Of a DNA stretch of 64,000 nt, positions 61,270 to 64,000 are shown one piece after another; position 1 is the stretch's first letter; the number at the start of each line of letters is the position of its first letter. The stretch is from a virus (Duplodnaviria > Heunggongvirae > Uroviricota > Caudoviricetes): positions 1-64,000 of IMG/VR virus record IMGVR_UViG_3300023082_000008; one strand, given 5' to 3'. The notes beneath the pieces are model-generated. The model did no database searches. It was not told the DNA's origin and saw only the letters and a program-made list of their open reading frames with translations. Both the position numbers and the translations under genes were made by a program.

Positions 61270-61558
61270 CAGGTGCTCCATAGCGCTCGCGGAGGCGATC
61301 CACAAGGGACTTTTCCTCCATGTTGTAGAAATTGGTAGCCGTGGTACGGTCGTCGCCGGTAACGTCACGCAGATTCCAGAGCAACTGAGTGAGTCTCATG
61401 TCTGGGTACATACGCCAAACACGCTTGACTTCGTCCAAAACGTCATCAATTCGCTCAATAGGACGAGTTGTGCGCTGGGTAATTTCACTACCGGGGACAA
61501 CAGACGCGCCGGTGCGTGTAATCTTGACCTTTGGGTCTTTTGGATCAGCCATTAGCAC
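61262..61558 (-). CDS. hypothetical protein
   Basis: 98-aa ORF. Confidence 0.45.
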   Translation of the reverse strand: MLMADPKDPKVKITRTGASVVPGSEITQRTTRPIERIDDVLDEVKRVWRMYPDMRLTQLLWNLRDVTGDDRTTATNFYNMEEKSLVDRLRERYGAPDE

Positions 61559-62049
61559 TCCGTGAAATAGTTGTAAATCTCACGCATGGCGCGAACATCG
61601 CCACCAGCGGTGTGATCGGGCGTTGAAATCTCAATACCCTGCTCTTCGAACCAGTTGAAGATGCCCTTCATGCCCATAGGAGCCCGCGTGTTATCAATCT
61701 GGGCCGTGGCCCACGACTCAATATCCAAGAGCCTGTAGTGAGCGGGAAATGAGCCCCAGCGTGCAAGCAACTTGTCCCGGTCAAAGGATGGGTTGGCTGC
61801 GATGATGGTTGTCTCGGGCGTGATCATGGAGAAGAGACGGTGTTCTTCCTTCGGTTCCCACACGAACGGGTTGGATGCGCCACGGTTGACGTAATCTGTC
61901 ATTTCAAGAGCCTTTTCACTGGCTCCTACAGTCGTGTGAGAAACAAAGAATGATCGAACCGGGCCGGTGAGTTCGGCGTAGCCAATCTCCCATACCTGAT
62001 GATGGGGCTCAAGACCCGTGGTCTCGGTGTCTAGAAACAGGAAACTCAT
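61552..62049 (-). CDS. DnaQ-like 3'-5' exonuclease (DEDDh)
   Basis: Exo I motif FLDTETTGL near the N-terminus, then Exo II/III-type HTAGGDV near the C-terminus. 165 aa. Confidence 0.7.
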   Translation of the reverse strand: MSFLFLDTETTGLEPHHQVWEIGYAELTGPVRSFFVSHTTVGASEKALEMTDYVNRGASNPFVWEPKEEHRLFSMITPETTIIAANPSFDRDKLLARWGSFPAHYRLLDIESWATAQIDNTRAPMGMKGIFNWFEEQGIEISTPDHTAGGDVRAMREIYNYFTEC

Positions 62050-62261
62050 TTGATTAATCCTTTAAGGTGATTGATTTGGGCGTTGCATTCTCTAACGTTG
62101 GCTTCAAGTACGTTGATTTTGCCGTCGATATATGCGATGGTCGTGTTTTTCTTCTTTGTGGCTCGCTTTTTCATCGGTGAGATGATAGCGTTTTGGCTCG
62201 CATATTTTAGTGCCTCTGAGTACGGAATGCAGTGACAAACCGTAATGACGTCAAGTCTCAT
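62046..62261 (-). CDS. hypothetical protein
   Basis: 71-aa ORF. Confidence 0.4.
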   Translation of the reverse strand: MRLDVITVCHCIPYSEALKYASQNAIISPMKKRATKKKNTTIAYIDGKINVLEANVRECNAQINHLKGLIK

Positions 62262-62399
62262 ACTCCCGGCCAGTTTCTGCGCGGAGAGTCAACGTCCATG
62301 CGTCCCTGAGGTAGGGCGGTAACGACGGACAGGATGATGAGAATGAACGAGGCGACGAACACGATCCAGAAGAATGTCATGGCAACAGCCTACAGGGTA

Positions 62400-62657
62400 T
62401 CAGTGGTCTTTGTCAAGGTCTTCTACAGGAATAGTTTTGACGGGCTCCATGATGCCGCAGGCGAAAATTTCTTCGCGTGGACCAATGGTATCAAGGTATT
62501 CACTGATGGTCATAAGTAGGACATGACTTTTACCGCTCGGCATGTGAGCGACAATGACTTGGCGATCTTCGCCGCCTATAAACATGGTCGAAGGCGTAAT
62601 TGCCTCAACCATGTCAGTATTGATGCGAGTTTTAGCCCGAGTCTTAAGGTATGTCAC
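62400..62657 (-). CDS. hypothetical protein
   Basis: 85-aa ORF. Confidence 0.45.
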   Translation of the reverse strand: MTYLKTRAKTRINTDMVEAITPSTMFIGGEDRQVIVAHMPSGKSHVLLMTISEYLDTIGPREEIFACGIMEPVKTIPVEDLDKDH

Positions 62658-62814
62658 AAGAGTTCTCCCTTGCCTGCCTTAATGTAGGCATCGACGTAGA
62701 AATCGGTCAACACCATGAGATGCCATGCACCACCCTTGCGCTGGTATGTCAAGGGAATACCGGCAGCCTTGATAACAACCTTGTCGCCGTCGCTGTAATT
62801 CATTTCAGTCATTC

Positions 62815-63033
62815 TTACTCCTGAGAAAGGATATTGATAGGATTGAAGTTGGGAATAGGAGCACCTAGACCTCCCTCACGATGGAGAGTTTCTAGGCGTT
62901 CTGCACCAGCGGGGTTATCCTCGCGGTACATTGCCATAAGTACATCATAGATGCGGAGCAGTGTCAAGGTCTGAGCATCCTGATCAGATGCGTCGGGACG
63001 CTCATCCTTTTGTTCAGAATTACCAAAGATCAT
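62815..63033 (-). CDS. hypothetical protein
   Basis: 72-aa ORF. Confidence 0.45.
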   Translation of the reverse strand: MIFGNSEQKDERPDASDQDAQTLTLLRIYDVLMAMYREDNPAGAERLETLHREGGLGAPIPNFNPINILSQE

Positions 63034-63212
63034 GCAAGCCTCAAACTAAAAACATCGTCCCATACAACAGCAACTTCGACACGACCAACGGCTACCTCAA
63101 TAGCGGTATCATCAATGTGTACAATAGGTCCGTTGGCAACAGCCTTGCGACCGGTACCAAACTTTGACTCGTATGCAAGGATAACCTTGTCGCCTACCTT
63201 AAATTCATCCAT
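63030..63212 (-). CDS. hypothetical protein
   Basis: Start at internal Met (MDEFKVGDKVIL...). The longer version would overlap the upstream gene by 89 nt. Confidence 0.4.
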   Translation of the reverse strand: MDEFKVGDKVILAYESKFGTGRKAVANGPIVHIDDTAIEVAVGRVEVAVVWDDVFSLRLA

Positions 63213-63411
63213 GTGGGGTTCCAATCTTGGAAGTGGGTTTGTCAATGGTTTTGCGAGTGTACTGTATGCGCTCGATGCTCTCAATCTCATCATAGCGAAA
63301 AAAAGAGTCTCCTAGCATGAAAGCAGCGTCCGTGGGGTCATTCCAGAAAAACTGGCCGACGTAAATTTCTCCCAATTCGTCGGTAATTTTGTACCAATTG
63401 CCTACTTGCAT
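63205..63411 (-). CDS. hypothetical protein
   Basis: 68-aa ORF. Confidence 0.45.
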   Translation of the reverse strand: MQVGNWYKITDELGEIYVGQFFWNDPTDAAFMLGDSFFRYDEIESIERIQYTRKTIDKPTSKIGTPHG

Positions 63412-63510
63412 TTTTCTCCTAGTTATTCATAGTCCATGTTCTGACAGTAATGAGAATCTCCCAAGAGCAGTACCCAGCACCAGCAGCGAGTACAAAAATA
63501 GCGAGGGTAG

Positions 63511-63936
63511 TTAGCCATTATCCTTGTTAGGATTAGACCAATTTACCGGCAACCATGTCCCTAAAGGGAGGTCGACCTGCAATTTCTTGACCTTCTCCAC
63601 ACGACAATGCAGAGACCTCTGTAGAATTTCGAGGATGGCGGACTCGGAATAGAAGATATTGTAATATCCATCGTCGTCCCAACCCACGTAGCGAGAGGTT
63701 TCCGCAACAACCTCGGTCCCGTTAACAACGGTACGAGCGGTGTAGATCAGTCGTTCATTGTCGGTCTTCTCGATCTTGGCACCAGAGTCATCGGTTTCAG
63801 TGAAAGTGCGGTATTCCTTCCTAACCTCCACCGGAGTGTCGATGTAATAGGTGGGCTCTGCCTCAATTGGCTCTCCCGTGTAAGGATGCTTGTCCTTCTT
63901 CTTGAACCAACTCATAGTTTGTTGTCCTTCTTCCAC
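63511..63936 (-). CDS. hypothetical protein
   Basis: 141-aa ORF. Confidence 0.55.
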   Translation of the reverse strand: MEEGQQTMSWFKKKDKHPYTGEPIEAEPTYYIDTPVEVRKEYRTFTETDDSGAKIEKTDNERLIYTARTVVNGTEVVAETSRYVGWDDDGYYNIFYSESAILEILQRSLHCRVEKVKKLQVDLPLGTWLPVNWSNPNKDNG

Positions 63937-64000
63937 TTCTTGTAGGCCTTGAACTCTTGGTAGTCTTCAATGCTAGCACGGTAGGCCTTGTTGGTCAAGG
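63930..64000 (-). CDS. hypothetical protein, 3' end (gene continues beyond the window)
   Basis: Open frame on the - strand running off the window edge. Stop overlaps the 63936 start. Confidence 0.3.

Noticed and set aside
1-64000. CRISPR arrays, integrase/attP, transposases
   Set aside because: No direct-repeat/spacer periodicity was seen. No tyrosine or serine recombinase motifs or IS-like ORFs were recognised in this window.

Overview
This 64 kb window reads as part of a large double-stranded DNA bacteriophage genome. It is most consistent with an actinobacteriophage that infects a Streptomyces-like host. The evidence for that host call is about 50% GC, a WhiB-type Fe-S regulator, a possible Lsr2-like DNA-binding protein, a secreted LPXTG sortase-substrate protein, and more than 25 promoters close to the actinobacterial principal-sigma consensus TTGAC(A/G)-N17/18-TAG(A/G)(C/G)T. 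The architecture is phage-typical: short genes, ATGA/GTGA start-stop overlaps, long co-directional + strand operons from 1 to 57.3 kb and a convergent - strand block from 57.4 to 64 kb. The most striking content is about 41 tRNA genes (several encode CCA) in promoter-driven clusters, with degenerate tRNA pieces and tRNA-sized structured spacers mixed in. Around them sits a tRNA/RNA maintenance gene set: a class II CCA-adding enzyme, a second Pol-beta-type nucleotidyltransferase, a HAD Pnk-like phosphatase, a 2H (HxT x2) phosphoesterase, a PTH2-like peptidyl-tRNA hydrolase, a DnaQ-like exonuclease and a MazG-like pyrophosphohydrolase. A second theme is NAD+/ADP-ribose metabolism: PRPP synthetase plus nicotinamide phosphoribosyltransferase (an NAD+ reconstitution pair), a NADAR-domain protein and a macro-domain protein, which together probably counter NAD+-depleting or ADP-ribosylating host defence. 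Other calls are rIIA/rIIB-like proteins, an SPFH membrane protein, two HNH endonucleases, a metallophosphoesterase, a SLOG/DUF2493-like protein and many small hypothetical proteins. Unexplained non-coding structure includes an ~850-nt promoter-driven region upstream of tRNA-Lys (17.1-17.95 kb), a duplicated motif with an orphan tRNA 3' half (1.73-2.1 kb), an AT-rich repeat region (51.7-52.45 kb), and a family of at least 7 promoters each carrying the palindrome TCTCA-N5-TGAGA just upstream of a weak -35 in front of small genes (52.2-56.9 kb). All coordinates were derived by manual reading; tRNA anticodons and short-ORF starts carry the stated uncertainty.
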